In this document: positions 25,590 through 34,977 of the stretch, piece by piece | Layout: each line of letters opens with the position of its first letter | Numbering within the stretch: position 1 is the stretch's first letter | NCBI GenBank assembly: GCA_029250345.1 | Contig: JAQXFL010000005.1 | Location: 1-43,691 of the forward strand | Direction of reading: 5' to 3' | Length of the DNA: 43,691 nucleotides | Source of the DNA: Candidatus Poseidoniaceae archaeon | Lineage (GTDB): Archaea > Thermoplasmatota > Poseidoniia > Poseidoniales > Poseidoniaceae | The notes under the pieces: model-generated | What the model was told of the DNA's origin: nothing | What the model saw: only the letters and a program-made list of their open reading frames with translations | Databases searched by the model: none | Translations under genes and position numbers: made by a program

Positions 25590-26390
25590 ATGGACGATTC
25601 CGATTCTGCAGGTGAATCAATCAGCAATCCCCCTGAAAAGATTGTCTTAGTTGATGGACCAGCGCTTTCTGGTGTCGAATCTTATTCAAGTTCTACACAG
25701 GGTGCAAACCCATATTCGGAGGACAACGCAGGTGTATCAAGCCGTCCACAGTGGGTTTGGTTTGTCGCAGGTCTTTTCATTCTGCCAATTTTTGTAGCGA
25801 TTGCAAGTACATCATTTGCTACCTTAGCTGATTCTGGACTGTTTACTTCGTACTCTTCTGAAGAATCTACTTCGGAGAATAATGTTTCTTTTGGTACCGA
25901 AGCCTACGCAGTTCGTGGATTTTATATGTCCTCAGAATTTAACTCTAATTTTGCAACTCATGGTTACTGGGATCTTACAGTGGAAACTGAAACCTGGGAA
26001 GGATACATTTCGGGTTATGGGTCGCAAAAAGTACGTGACATTGAGCAGCCCGTTGAGGCTGATGATACAGGTAAAAATTGGTGGGTGGCAGAGTTCCATG
26101 ATGCGAATCAGAATTTTTCTGTTTATATTTCGCAAGAGGGTAATTCGGTGTTCATAGCCTATCCTCCTTCAACCTCTGAACCAACATACACTCACTACTA
26201 CTGGAAAGACTCAGGTGGAATCCTTGATTTTGGGTCTCTTGCTGTTTTGGTCTGGCCAGTTTCTGCCATTGGTGGGATTGCCTGGGGCTTTGCTAAAAAG
26301 CGTCCATCTTTTTCGTACGGTGTAATGATTTGGGGCTCAATTGTTCTTCTTGCCACCGTTTTCATTGCGTTCATTGCCCTGGCACTTTAG
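25590..26390 (+). CDS. Membrane protein: acidic/Ser-rich N-terminal tail, TM, ~130-aa Tyr/Trp-rich loop domain, two C-terminal TMs (hypothetical)
   Basis: 266-aa ORF. TM1 'WVWFVAGLFILPIFVAIAS'. C-terminal TMs 'LAVLVWPVSAIGGIAWGF' and 'VMIWGSIVLLATVFIAFIALAL'. Confidence 0.55.
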   Translation: MDDSDSAGESISNPPEKIVLVDGPALSGVESYSSSTQGANPYSEDNAGVSSRPQWVWFVAGLFILPIFVAIASTSFATLADSGLFTSYSSEESTSENNVSFGTEAYAVRGFYMSSEFNSNFATHGYWDLTVETETWEGYISGYGSQKVRDIEQPVEADDTGKNWWVAEFHDANQNFSVYISQEGNSVFIAYPPSTSEPTYTHYYWKDSGGILDFGSLAVLVWPVSAIGGIAWGFAKKRPSFSYGVMIWGSIVLLATVFIAFIALAL

Positions 26391-26445
26391 TTTGAGTAGA
26401 GCGGATTCAAATTGAAAGCGCAGTTGCCCATGTAGCATATTTGTC

Positions 26446-27306
26446 TTATTGCTGGCTCATCCAAACCGTCCATGCATTGGCGACTTCATCCTTCTCCTTG
26501 TTCGAGTTGACACCCGCCATACTTCCAAAGAATTTCGTCATGAGAACTGGAGTAACAGTTTCACCTATTTTGACATGGCCCATTTTCAATTCAGTTCCTT
26601 GCTTATCTCCGGGGTTAGCATCAGTAAATGTACCGTGCCCAAACAGTCTTTCGATGATCACCCAGCCCGACTTTCCTGTGACCTGTATCCACTTAGGCTT
26701 AATTTTCTTAATAATTGCTTCAATTAATCGCATGTTTGCACCAAGAGCAGGGTCCGTCTGTATGAGGTCTGCAAGGTGTTCAGGGTTGAGGCCAGTTTTA
26801 TGTGAGAAGTATTGAACTGTGTCCACTTCGACGAGGTGCCTGTGGCAAACCATTTGCTTCCAATCAGCAGTAGAAAAGTCTGAAGCAGTTTCAGTAAACC
26901 AGTGTTTACCTAGCCAGCTGCCGTATTTGTTAAAGTATCGACGATTCCTTTCTTCCCGCAGGAAATACTGGTTTTGGAACTGAATCCAATTCTCTAGATC
27001 ACTCACTTTTCCTGAATTTCTGTAGTTTTGTAGGCTTTCCATTGGTAGATTGATGTTCACTCTCTGGAAATTTTCATCAAAATTTCGCTTCGGGTTGATG
27101 CCCAAGAGAAGAACACACTCACCAGGTGGGACATTATCGATGTCACCCACGTATGTATGCGGAGGTACATTTGGGTCGAGCATTGTGTCGCCTTTGAGGT
27201 TGAGTGCTCGGTTCAAACGAGCTACTGCAGCTTCGTGGTCTTGTTCGATAACAGCTAGCCATTCGTCCATGACCATCTTAATCACCATCTCAGTATGTTT
27301 TGGCAA
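26446..27306 (-). CDS. Hypothetical protein with uracil-DNA-glycosylase-like motif order
   Basis: 286-aa ORF in a visibly more AT-rich stretch. 'CVLLLGINPK' recalls MUG/TDG motif 1. Start is uncertain: ATG 27306 overlaps the proS end, and ATG 27288 lies directly after the proS stop. Confidence 0.5.
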   Translation of the reverse strand: MPKHTEMVIKMVMDEWLAVIEQDHEAAVARLNRALNLKGDTMLDPNVPPHTYVGDIDNVPPGECVLLLGINPKRNFDENFQRVNINLPMESLQNYRNSGKVSDLENWIQFQNQYFLREERNRRYFNKYGSWLGKHWFTETASDFSTADWKQMVCHRHLVEVDTVQYFSHKTGLNPEHLADLIQTDPALGANMRLIEAIIKKIKPKWIQVTGKSGWVIIERLFGHGTFTDANPGDKQGTELKMGHVKIGETVTPVLMTKFFGSMAGVNSNKEKDEVANAWTVWMSQQ

Positions 27307-28819
27307 GAATCACTCGTCGACGGGTCATTTTGCCGCTCATGTGACAAGGCATTTCAGTTTCGTATTCATCGGTTGAATCTCCGAGGAAAGTCAGGCTCGT
27401 TGCACGCTCTATGGCTTCGGCATGAGCATCGGTTCCGTCGAATGGGATTTCGTAGATTTTGCCCTCTTCAATTTCACCGTCCATGACCCAAGTTCCATCC
27501 TTTTCGGTGAATGCAGGTAGCGGTTGAACAACATCAGACATGTGAGCGGAGGAACGCTTTCGAAGTTCTTGTGCGATTTCGTCGAGAATTTCCTTACATG
27601 CATTCGGTAAATCATCCATTGGTATGGGCTCCTTGCCACCAGTTCTGCGAGCGGCGAAGGCAGTTCCTTGTGCGATATCGCGTGGGCCAACATCCAGTCG
27701 TAGAGGTACGCCTTTAATTTCCCAATCGTAGTATTTCTGTCCTGCATGAATATCACGTGAATCAACTTTGACGCGAAGCCCGCTCGCTCGGAGGCTCGTT
27801 GCCATATCGTTGGCTACTGAGACCGTGTCCACATCAGAATTCTTTCGAATCATTGGGCATATGACGACTTGGAAAGGTGCGACGGCTGGCGGCATAATAA
27901 GTCCGTTTTCATCACCGTGCATCCCAACAACCGCACCAAGCAACCGTTCGGACATACCGTAAGTGGTTTGATGACAGAATTGTTGCTTCGCTTCAAGATT
28001 CTCATAGGAGAGGTCGAATGCTTTGGCCCATTGGTCACGGTAATGGTGGCAAGAAGCAACTTGGAGCGTTCGTCCATTCGGCATCACCGCATCGATTCCA
28101 ATGGTGTACCATGCCCCGGGGAACGTATCCCAAACAGGGCGCTTGGCCTTAATAATCGGCAAGCATAGGTCATGCATGATGTTGTTGACGATTTCTAAAT
28201 CTTGTTGGATTTGGCGAGTAGCATCCTCTTCGTCTGCGTGTGCTGTATGCGCCTCAAAGAAATGGATTTCACGTACCCGAATGAATGAGCGGGTTTGCTT
28301 GGTTTCGTACCGGAATGTGTTGACCATTTGATAGACTTTCAATGGTAAATCTTTGTGCGAACGAATCCACAGCGGGAACATGGTATACATTGCCGTTTCA
28401 GAGGTCGGTCGCAAAAACATGGGAATGTCAAGTTCGTTTTCACCCGCATGCTTGACCCAATAGACTTCTTTCTTGAAACCGCCTTCTTCATCTTCATCTC
28501 GCAAGTCATCAGGGTCTACACCTTCTTCACGTGCCCTTTTCAGCCGTGCCACCAAAGCGTTTTCTTTTTCTAAGAGGTTCTCCGGTATGAGGAGCGGGAA
28601 ATTGACTTCCTCGTGCTCGGTCCTCTCCATCTCCGCGTGAGTAAGGCTATCGATGAGTTTCATGGTCTTCCAACCGTATGGACGCCAAACGTCCATTCCT
28701 TTGATTGGATATCGCTTGTCAACCAATTCAGCAGCTTCCACCATGAATGGATACCATTCGGTGAAGTTGTCAGCTTTGGAGGGGATTCCTCGCTTGGCCT
28801 TACCCGGTCCTTTGCCCAT
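27290..28819 (-). CDS. proS: Prolyl-tRNA synthetase (archaeal/eukaryotic type)
   Basis: 'FTEWYPFMVEAAELVDKRYPIKGMDVWRPYG', 'FRYETKQTRSFIRVREIHFFEAH', 'HQTTYGMSERLLGA'. Start ATG 28819 (MGKGPGK). Confidence 0.95.
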   Translation of the reverse strand: MGKGPGKAKRGIPSKADNFTEWYPFMVEAAELVDKRYPIKGMDVWRPYGWKTMKLIDSLTHAEMERTEHEEVNFPLLIPENLLEKENALVARLKRAREEGVDPDDLRDEDEEGGFKKEVYWVKHAGENELDIPMFLRPTSETAMYTMFPLWIRSHKDLPLKVYQMVNTFRYETKQTRSFIRVREIHFFEAHTAHADEEDATRQIQQDLEIVNNIMHDLCLPIIKAKRPVWDTFPGAWYTIGIDAVMPNGRTLQVASCHHYRDQWAKAFDLSYENLEAKQQFCHQTTYGMSERLLGAVVGMHGDENGLIMPPAVAPFQVVICPMIRKNSDVDTVSVANDMATSLRASGLRVKVDSRDIHAGQKYYDWEIKGVPLRLDVGPRDIAQGTAFAARRTGGKEPIPMDDLPNACKEILDEIAQELRKRSSAHMSDVVQPLPAFTEKDGTWVMDGEIEEGKIYEIPFDGTDAHAEAIERATSLTFLGDSTDEYETEMPCHMSGKMTRRRVILAKTY

Positions 28820-28900
28820 AAACAGGACTCGCCACCACTCGCTCATCAAGATGACGCATGAAGTGAACCAAGAATTGAGTTCTCCACTCAACAGCCGTTT

Positions 28901-29188
28901 TCACAATTCGAGTTGATTGGTCTGCCCATCTCTTGAGGGACGAACAACGAACCCCAGCATCGCAGTAACAAACCAAGCGACCTCTAGAATGAAGAATGCC
29001 CATTCTTCGATCAAATAGGCCCGAACGGCGAGTATTCCTGAACCGATTGCCATGAGCATCAGATAGGATGATGCCTTACTGTGGATGATGTTTTGAGTTT
29101 CAAGAAAAAAAGCACACAATATGAGAAACATTCCAAGGAATGCAACCGTTTCTGAATTCAAGCCAATGTCCATGACAACACCGGTCAC
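28901..29188 (-). CDS. Small 3-TM membrane protein (hypothetical)
   Basis: 95-aa ORF with three hydrophobic helices. GTG 29188 overlaps the upstream stop (GTGA). ATG 29173 is an alternative start. Confidence 0.4.
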   Translation of the reverse strand: MTGVVMDIGLNSETVAFLGMFLILCAFFLETQNIIHSKASSYLMLMAIGSGILAVRAYLIEEWAFFILEVAWFVTAMLGFVVRPSRDGQTNQLEL

Positions 29189-29760
29189 TTTCGCATGGTG
29201 AGAAGAAGAGCGGCAAAGAGTACCACTACAGCCACGATATCAGGGATTCCGTAGATACCTGCTTGCACTGGTTCAGACCAGCCGTAGCCCGAGTCAATCT
29301 TGTAAATATCCATCAAATTGATGCGTGTGTACCCTTCAGCAGGGCACAAATCACCAGTTTCACACATCGATCCGAAAACATACGACCAAACGCCGAAGAG
29401 ATTCAAAACGACGAAACCGAGGCCTGCAATAACCAATCTTCCCATTGCATTGGACTTCTTTGACTCTGTGGCTTCAGCAACGACTGCCATGTCGGCCACA
29501 GGCATTGGCAGTGGGGTTGCTGGGGCAATATCACCAATCACTTCTATCAACATATCAGTAGGTGGAGCAACCTCAGTAACTGGGGCGGCAGCAGCGACCT
29601 CATTTGGTTGTATGTCTCTTGGTTTCACAGGTGTGATTGGAGCGATTTTGATGCCGTAAATCCGGTCAGCGAGGCTCACGAGGACGGGGTCACCCGCAAT
29701 TTCTTCAGGCGAAAAATCACCCGCCAAGAGTTTCTTCAACAAGTCATTTGATGATGTCAT
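29185..29760 (-). CDS. Membrane protein with a Pro/Ala-rich linker and 2 TMs (hypothetical)
   Basis: Start ATG 29760 (MTSSNDLL). TMs are 'LVIAGLGFVVLNLFGVWSYVFG' and 'IVAVVVLFAALLL'. Confidence 0.45.
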   Translation of the reverse strand: MTSSNDLLKKLLAGDFSPEEIAGDPVLVSLADRIYGIKIAPITPVKPRDIQPNEVAAAAPVTEVAPPTDMLIEVIGDIAPATPLPMPVADMAVVAEATESKKSNAMGRLVIAGLGFVVLNLFGVWSYVFGSMCETGDLCPAEGYTRINLMDIYKIDSGYGWSEPVQAGIYGIPDIVAVVVLFAALLLTMRK

Positions 29761-29832
29761 CTTGCGGCCTCCGTAAGTTATCGGGTGAAGCCTTCCTTCA
29801 AGAAGCCTCCTTCTCAATACACTAAGCCGAAC

Positions 29833-30495
29833 TCAGGCATTTCCAGCCTTTTCCACTTCGGCCCAGTCCTTCATGAATCCTTCAAGTCCGCGGTCAGTGA
29901 GTGGGTGCTTCATGAGTTGGCGGAATGTCTTTGCAGGCATTGTTGCGGTATGTGCTCCAAGTTGGATGCACTGCAGCACGTGAGTTGGGTGTCGGATTGA
30001 GGCAGCAAGGACCTTGGTCGTAATCGATGGGTAATTGGCCCATGTATCCATGATTTCAGCAATCAACGTCATTCCGTCATGCCCAGTGTCATCGATTCGA
30101 CCGATGAACGGTGAGACGTAAGTTGCGCCAGCCTTCGCAGCCATCAAGGCTTGAGCCGCAGAAAAGATAAGTGTAACGTTGGTATCAATTCCTTCCTCGT
30201 TGAGAACTTTCGTAGCCGCCAGTCCTTCTGGAGTGCAAGGAATCTTGATGATGACATTTTCAGGGAGTTCTGCTTTCAATGCTCGGCCTTGAGTAATCAT
30301 ACCTTCAGTGTCCATTGCGGTAACCTCTGCGGAAATTGGTCCATCGCATATCGATGCAATTTCAGCAACTACTTGTTTGAAGTCACGACCGCTTTTCTTA
30401 ATGAGTGAGGGATTGGTTGTTACCCCATCTAGAATACCCCATGCGGCAATTTCACGAATTTCGTCTACGTCTGCTGTGTCAAGGAAGAACTCCAT
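29833..30495 (-). CDS. tal: Transaldolase / fructose-6-phosphate aldolase (short TalC/Fsa type)
   Basis: '[13 protein letters not shown]', 'GVTTNPSL', Schiff-base Lys in 'VIIKIPCT', '[11 protein letters not shown]'. Confidence 0.9.
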   Translation of the reverse strand: MEFFLDTADVDEIREIAAWGILDGVTTNPSLIKKSGRDFKQVVAEIASICDGPISAEVTAMDTEGMITQGRALKAELPENVIIKIPCTPEGLAATKVLNEEGIDTNVTLIFSAAQALMAAKAGATYVSPFIGRIDDTGHDGMTLIAEIMDTWANYPSITTKVLAASIRHPTHVLQCIQLGAHTATMPAKTFRQLMKHPLTDRGLEGFMKDWAEVEKAGNA

Positions 30496-30550
30496 GTTGC
30501 GAGGATGTGGAAGGCACTCTTTCAAGTATTTGCTGTGGGCTTTGTCTCAG

Positions 30551-30913
30551 TTATTCGTAGTCAGTGTATTTCTTCGAGTTCCCTTTCGCCTTCTCAATGG
30601 GGTACTTCGCTCGATTCTTCTCGATTTTAGTATGCATGATTTGTACCGGGTCGACGTCCAATACAGAGCACAACCGGAGGCAGTAGACCATGACGTCGGC
30701 TAATTCGTCACAGATCTCGACAGTGAGTTCGGGGTTTGAGCGAATTTCTTCAGCAGTTGGATTGCTCCATTGAATGGTTTCATTGAGTTCACTCGCTTCT
30801 ATTGCGACAGAGGCCATCAAGTTCTTGACGCTGTGGAACTGTTCCCAGTCCCTTTCTTTGGTAAATGAATCAACAGTTTCAAGTGTTGAAGCAAGTGTAT
30901 CTTCACCCGTCAT
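30551..30913 (-). CDS. MazG-like nucleotide pyrophosphohydrolase
   Basis: 'ERDWEQFH', 'EASELNETIQW', 'ELADVMVYCLRL', 'KNRAKYP'. Confidence 0.8.
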   Translation of the reverse strand: MTGEDTLASTLETVDSFTKERDWEQFHSVKNLMASVAIEASELNETIQWSNPTAEEIRSNPELTVEICDELADVMVYCLRLCSVLDVDPVQIMHTKIEKNRAKYPIEKAKGNSKKYTDYE

Positions 30914-30955
30914 GAGATGAACTCAGCGCATCTCGCTAATGTAACTTCAGCACTT

Positions 30956-31894
30956 TCACTTTCGAGAGATTGCCTTCTTGGCAGCCGCAACGATGTACTT
31001 AGCAGACAACTTCATGACATCCAACATTTCATCAGCTTGGCCAGATTCTCCGAATCGGTCTGGAACTCCGACCATTTCAAGGGGAGCAAACTTGTTTGCA
31101 ACCAAGTGCTCAGCAACAGCGCTGCCTAATCCACCGATGACATTGTGGTCTTCAGCCGTCACAATTGCCCCGCATCGTTCAACCATCTGGTCGACAAGTT
31201 GACCATCGAGTGGCTTGAGGGTGTGCATGTCGATCACACTGGCATTGATGCCTTCTTGCTTCAACACGTCAGCGGCTTTGAGAGATTCTGAAACCAATAC
31301 GCCGCATGCAATAATTGCAACATCGTTACCAGCCTTGAGTTCGATTCCCTTGCCGATTTGAATCGATTCAGGGTCAACATCGTCGTACAAGACAGGAGTT
31401 TTATTCCGAGCGGTTCTCATGTACGAGGGAGACTTCGTGTCTGCAAGCCTCATGGTGAGGATACGAGTGCTTACATCATCACACGGATGAAGAACCGTAA
31501 CGTTTGGTAGTGTTCGGAACACCGCCAAGTCTTCGATTGACTGTGCCGATGAACCATCGGTTCCAGTGTGCGTTCCTCCATGGCTTCCACAGAGGTGTAC
31601 GGCAAGGTTTGGGCGTGCAACGCCGTTCCTCATTTGTTCAAACGCACGTTCTGTAAAAATAGCAAATGTACTTGCAAACGGAATGTATCCCGATGCGGCC
31701 ATGCCTGCACCAACCAAGAGCATGTTTTGCTCTCCAATCCCGCATGAAACAGTTCGCTCTGGATGGGCTTTTCTAAAATGCAAGGACTTGGTGGATTTAC
31801 CCAAATCTGCTTCCAATACAACCACTTTCGGGTTGTCGGCGAGGTCGAGTAATGCTTGGCCGTATCCGTCTCGTGTTGCTGCCATACGTGTCAT
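30956..31894 (-). CDS. Transketolase, C-terminal (pyrimidine-binding) subunit
   Basis: 'GIGEQNM', 'FASTFAIF', 'HGGTHTGTDGSSAQSIEDLAVFR'. ATGA-type overlap with the N-terminal subunit gene. Confidence 0.9.
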   Translation of the reverse strand: MTRMAATRDGYGQALLDLADNPKVVVLEADLGKSTKSLHFRKAHPERTVSCGIGEQNMLLVGAGMAASGYIPFASTFAIFTERAFEQMRNGVARPNLAVHLCGSHGGTHTGTDGSSAQSIEDLAVFRTLPNVTVLHPCDDVSTRILTMRLADTKSPSYMRTARNKTPVLYDDVDPESIQIGKGIELKAGNDVAIIACGVLVSESLKAADVLKQEGINASVIDMHTLKPLDGQLVDQMVERCGAIVTAEDHNVIGGLGSAVAEHLVANKFAPLEMVGVPDRFGESGQADEMLDVMKLSAKYIVAAAKKAISRK

Positions 31895-32724
31895 GCTTCC
31901 ACCTCCCCAAGTTCAACCATGGCTTGGTGGAATTGTTCATCGTTCGGTGCAGCACCATGGAAGGAGGGATTGTTTTCCATGTATGAAATACCAGCACCTT
32001 TGACGGTATGAGCAATAAGAATCGAAGGGCCGTTGCAGTTCTCTGGCGCTTCAAGGAAGTCTAAACCTTCCATGACTTGAGTCATATCGTGTCCATCAAT
32101 TTCTTTAACGTTCCATCCGAATGCTTTCCACTTTGCAGGGATGTCAAACATGCGCATTTGCTCTTCACAGAAATCGTCGTTTTGGATACGGTTTCGGTCA
32201 AGAATGACCTTGAGGTTTCCAAGTTCATGGTGTGCTGCAGCCATTGCTGCTTCCCAAACACTGCCCTCTTGCATTTCACCATCACCGATCATAACGAACG
32301 CTCTTCGCTCACTGGAATCGAGTCGAGCTGCGGTCGCACAGCCCATGCCGAACGAGAGTCCCATGCCAAGAGATCCAGCAGAGAAATCTACGCCTGGACA
32401 CCATTTCATGTCGACGTGCCCTTGGCAGACTCCGCCAAGAACACGGTATGATTTGAGGTCTTCATGGGATATGAATCCCATTTCAGCCAAGACAGCATAC
32501 ATACCCGGAGAGGCGTGTCCCTTCGAGAGAATGAAGCGGTCACGGTCATTCCAATCTGGCTGCTCTGGGCGTACTCGCATACGAGTGGCATAAAGCGCAG
32601 CTATGAGGTCAATCTCGGAAAGAGAGCCACCAGGATGTCCTGCCTGCGCACGGTGAACCATTTTGACAATTTCAACACGGCATTTACGTGCCATTTCCTC
32701 TAAATCTGCTATCGACTTGGACAT
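31891..32724 (-). CDS. Transketolase, N-terminal (TPP-binding) subunit
   Basis: 'GHPGGSLS', 'ILSKGHASP', 'GDGEMQEGSVWEA'. Confidence 0.9.
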   Translation of the reverse strand: MSKSIADLEEMARKCRVEIVKMVHRAQAGHPGGSLSEIDLIAALYATRMRVRPEQPDWNDRDRFILSKGHASPGMYAVLAEMGFISHEDLKSYRVLGGVCQGHVDMKWCPGVDFSAGSLGMGLSFGMGCATAARLDSSERRAFVMIGDGEMQEGSVWEAAMAAAHHELGNLKVILDRNRIQNDDFCEEQMRMFDIPAKWKAFGWNVKEIDGHDMTQVMEGLDFLEAPENCNGPSILIAHTVKGAGISYMENNPSFHGAAPNDEQFHQAMVELGEVEA

Positions 32725-32805
32725 TGTTACACCCTCGTAATGTTGTGCCTTAGCGGGAGCCCTTTGATGGTTTTCCTACTTTTCGAATGGATGACCGTCG
32801 TGAAA

Positions 32806-34854
32806 TCACTTCAAGTTCTTGAGTTTGAAAGCGTTAAACAATTTCTGACTGGCGTCGAGTACAACCATTCTCGATTCGGTAACGAGGTTTCCACCCTTCG
32901 GCAATGCTCGAGTGGCAAGCCAGATGAACACAGCAACGAACCATCCAAAGAACATCAGCGAGAAGAAGTCTCCAAGCGTCGTCACACCGAATATTTCGTT
33001 AAGATTGATATCGCTAACAATCAGCAATGCGATGAACACTCCAAGCAGCGATTCACCTGCAATGAATCCTGCACCGATGAGTACACCACGGTTCTCCACT
33101 TCTTTAGCAGCCTTCTTCGCTGCTGGAGAAGGATTCGACTTAATCGAGCCATCGATACGGATGTAGGCAGAATTGAGAGCAAAATAAGAGATAATTCCAC
33201 CAAGCATAATTGGAACAGAGAGGGCTAATGGGAGATAGATACCTATTGCTACGCTCATGACGGGCATTTTGAGTACGATAAGGACAATTGCAATGACAGC
33301 TCCCAACAACACCATCTCAATATTGAGCCCCCCACCAAATGCTCCTTGCACGATGGCCCCAATCAATTCGGCTTGCGGTGCGAAAAGCGCTTTTTCACAC
33401 CCAGGGTCCGAAGGCAGCGGATTGATTTCACATGCTGTTTTAGAAATTCTGAATGCATTGTGGAGCAGTTGCAACGTTGGTCCGATGATGACAGCACCCG
33501 TAACTACACCAATGATTTCTGCAGTTTGTTGCCTCCACGGTGTTGCCCCAACCATATGTCCTGTTTTGAGATCCTGCATGACGTCTCCGGCAATTGCCGC
33601 CGATGATGCCACAATTGCAGCGATGAGAAGTGTTGCTAACATCAGTTCTGATGTTCCGAGGCCGAGGAAAAAGTCTCCAACAATCCAAACCAATGCTACA
33701 GTGAAAAGTAATGTAGCGATGGTCATACCCGAAACTGGAGAGTTTGAAGAGCCTACAACTCCGGCGATATATCCTGCAACAGCTGCGAAGAAAAAGGCTA
33801 CTACTCCAAGGAATAATGCGCCTGCAAGTGCGAGTATGAGTGAACCAGTCGCCCACCAATAATAGAGGAAAGTGAGGACGATGAGAACTCCACAGAACAT
33901 GAGAACTTTATCGAGAGGGAGGTCTATTTCAGTTCTCAAAAGGTTTTCAGAGGAGTCGTCGTTCTTGACAAGGGCTTTTGATAGTCCAGTGATGATTGTC
34001 TTACGCATCGACCAAAGCGTGTATACTCCACCAACGACCATAGCACCTACACCGACGTAACGTATTTGCGATGCCCAGATAATGCTGAAACTCGATACTA
34101 AATCAGGCGCAGGCGGCCATCCACGAATGAGTCCGTACATGGGCACCAACAATGCAAATCCAATGACGCCGCCAAGGAAGATGAACGATGCAATTCGAAC
34201 ACCAACGATGTAGCCAACTGAAAGCAACGCAATCGAGAGATCCATGCCAGCATACACTCGAGTTCCAATGAACTCCCAGGCTGCCTCGACCTTGTGATGG
34301 GTAACTTCGAAGCCTTTGACCATGAGACCATAGATCGCACCGATTCCAAGTGCGTAGAGAATGGCCAATGCCCCTTCTCCACCCTCTTCACCTGCAACCA
34401 ATACTTCTCTGCAAGCTACGCCTTCTGGATAAGGTAGAGCTTCTTCAACAATGAAGAGTCGACGCAAAGCAATGGTGAACATGGTGCCCAACAATCCCCC
34501 GAGTAACGCAATAATCATGGTATCAAGCCATTGAATTTCTGTCCAAATGCCAATGACCAGGAATGCAGGGACGGTGAAAATAATTCCTGCTGCTAGAGAT
34601 TCCCCAGCACTAGCCATTGTTTGGACGGCGTTGTTTTCAAGGATTGAGACATCATTGAATGCTGTTCTCAGTATAATCATTGACATGACAGCTGCAGGTA
34701 TACTTGCGGATACTGTCATACCAGCATACAACCCCAAATAGGCATTAGCAGCAGTCATGAGGACACCCAGAATTACCCCCACAATCACGACACGCAGTGT
34801 CAATTCTTTCGGTGATTCTGAGGCAGGGATATATGGATCTCCCAAATCGCTCAT
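32806..34854 (-). CDS. OPT-family oligopeptide transporter
   Basis: 682-aa polytopic protein (about 16 TMs) whose N-terminus 'ELTLRVVIVGVILGVLMTAANAYLGLYAGMTVSASIPAAV' is typical of the OPT superfamily. Confidence 0.8.
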   Translation of the reverse strand: MSDLGDPYIPASESPKELTLRVVIVGVILGVLMTAANAYLGLYAGMTVSASIPAAVMSMIILRTAFNDVSILENNAVQTMASAGESLAAGIIFTVPAFLVIGIWTEIQWLDTMIIALLGGLLGTMFTIALRRLFIVEEALPYPEGVACREVLVAGEEGGEGALAILYALGIGAIYGLMVKGFEVTHHKVEAAWEFIGTRVYAGMDLSIALLSVGYIVGVRIASFIFLGGVIGFALLVPMYGLIRGWPPAPDLVSSFSIIWASQIRYVGVGAMVVGGVYTLWSMRKTIITGLSKALVKNDDSSENLLRTEIDLPLDKVLMFCGVLIVLTFLYYWWATGSLILALAGALFLGVVAFFFAAVAGYIAGVVGSSNSPVSGMTIATLLFTVALVWIVGDFFLGLGTSELMLATLLIAAIVASSAAIAGDVMQDLKTGHMVGATPWRQQTAEIIGVVTGAVIIGPTLQLLHNAFRISKTACEINPLPSDPGCEKALFAPQAELIGAIVQGAFGGGLNIEMVLLGAVIAIVLIVLKMPVMSVAIGIYLPLALSVPIMLGGIISYFALNSAYIRIDGSIKSNPSPAAKKAAKEVENRGVLIGAGFIAGESLLGVFIALLIVSDINLNEIFGVTTLGDFFSLMFFGWFVAVFIWLATRALPKGGNLVTESRMVVLDASQKLFNAFKLKNLK

Positions 34855-34916
34855 GCACCATCGAGGCAGATGCAGTTGTTCAATTCATCGCTTGTGCGGA
34901 AAGGGAAGACCACCAT

Positions 34917-34928
34917 CATTATCATAAG
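34917..34928 (+). promoter_or_regulatory. TATA-like element candidate for the P-type ATPase gene
   Basis: 'cattatcataag' lies about 50 nt upstream of GTG 34978 in the OPT/ATPase divergent region. Confidence 0.2.
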
Positions 34929-34977
34929 TCCTCCATGGTACCAAGAACTGCTTACGCACGTAAGTGAGGTGTTTTGG

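Noticed and set aside
34870-34977. Upstream ATG 34870 as the P-type ATPase start.
   Set aside because: It would leave only 15 nt between divergent start codons, and the extra 36 residues are non-homologous. GTG 34978 has a 'gaggtg' SD at 6-nt spacing and gives the usual '..WH.L..eE' N-terminus. The start remains unverified.
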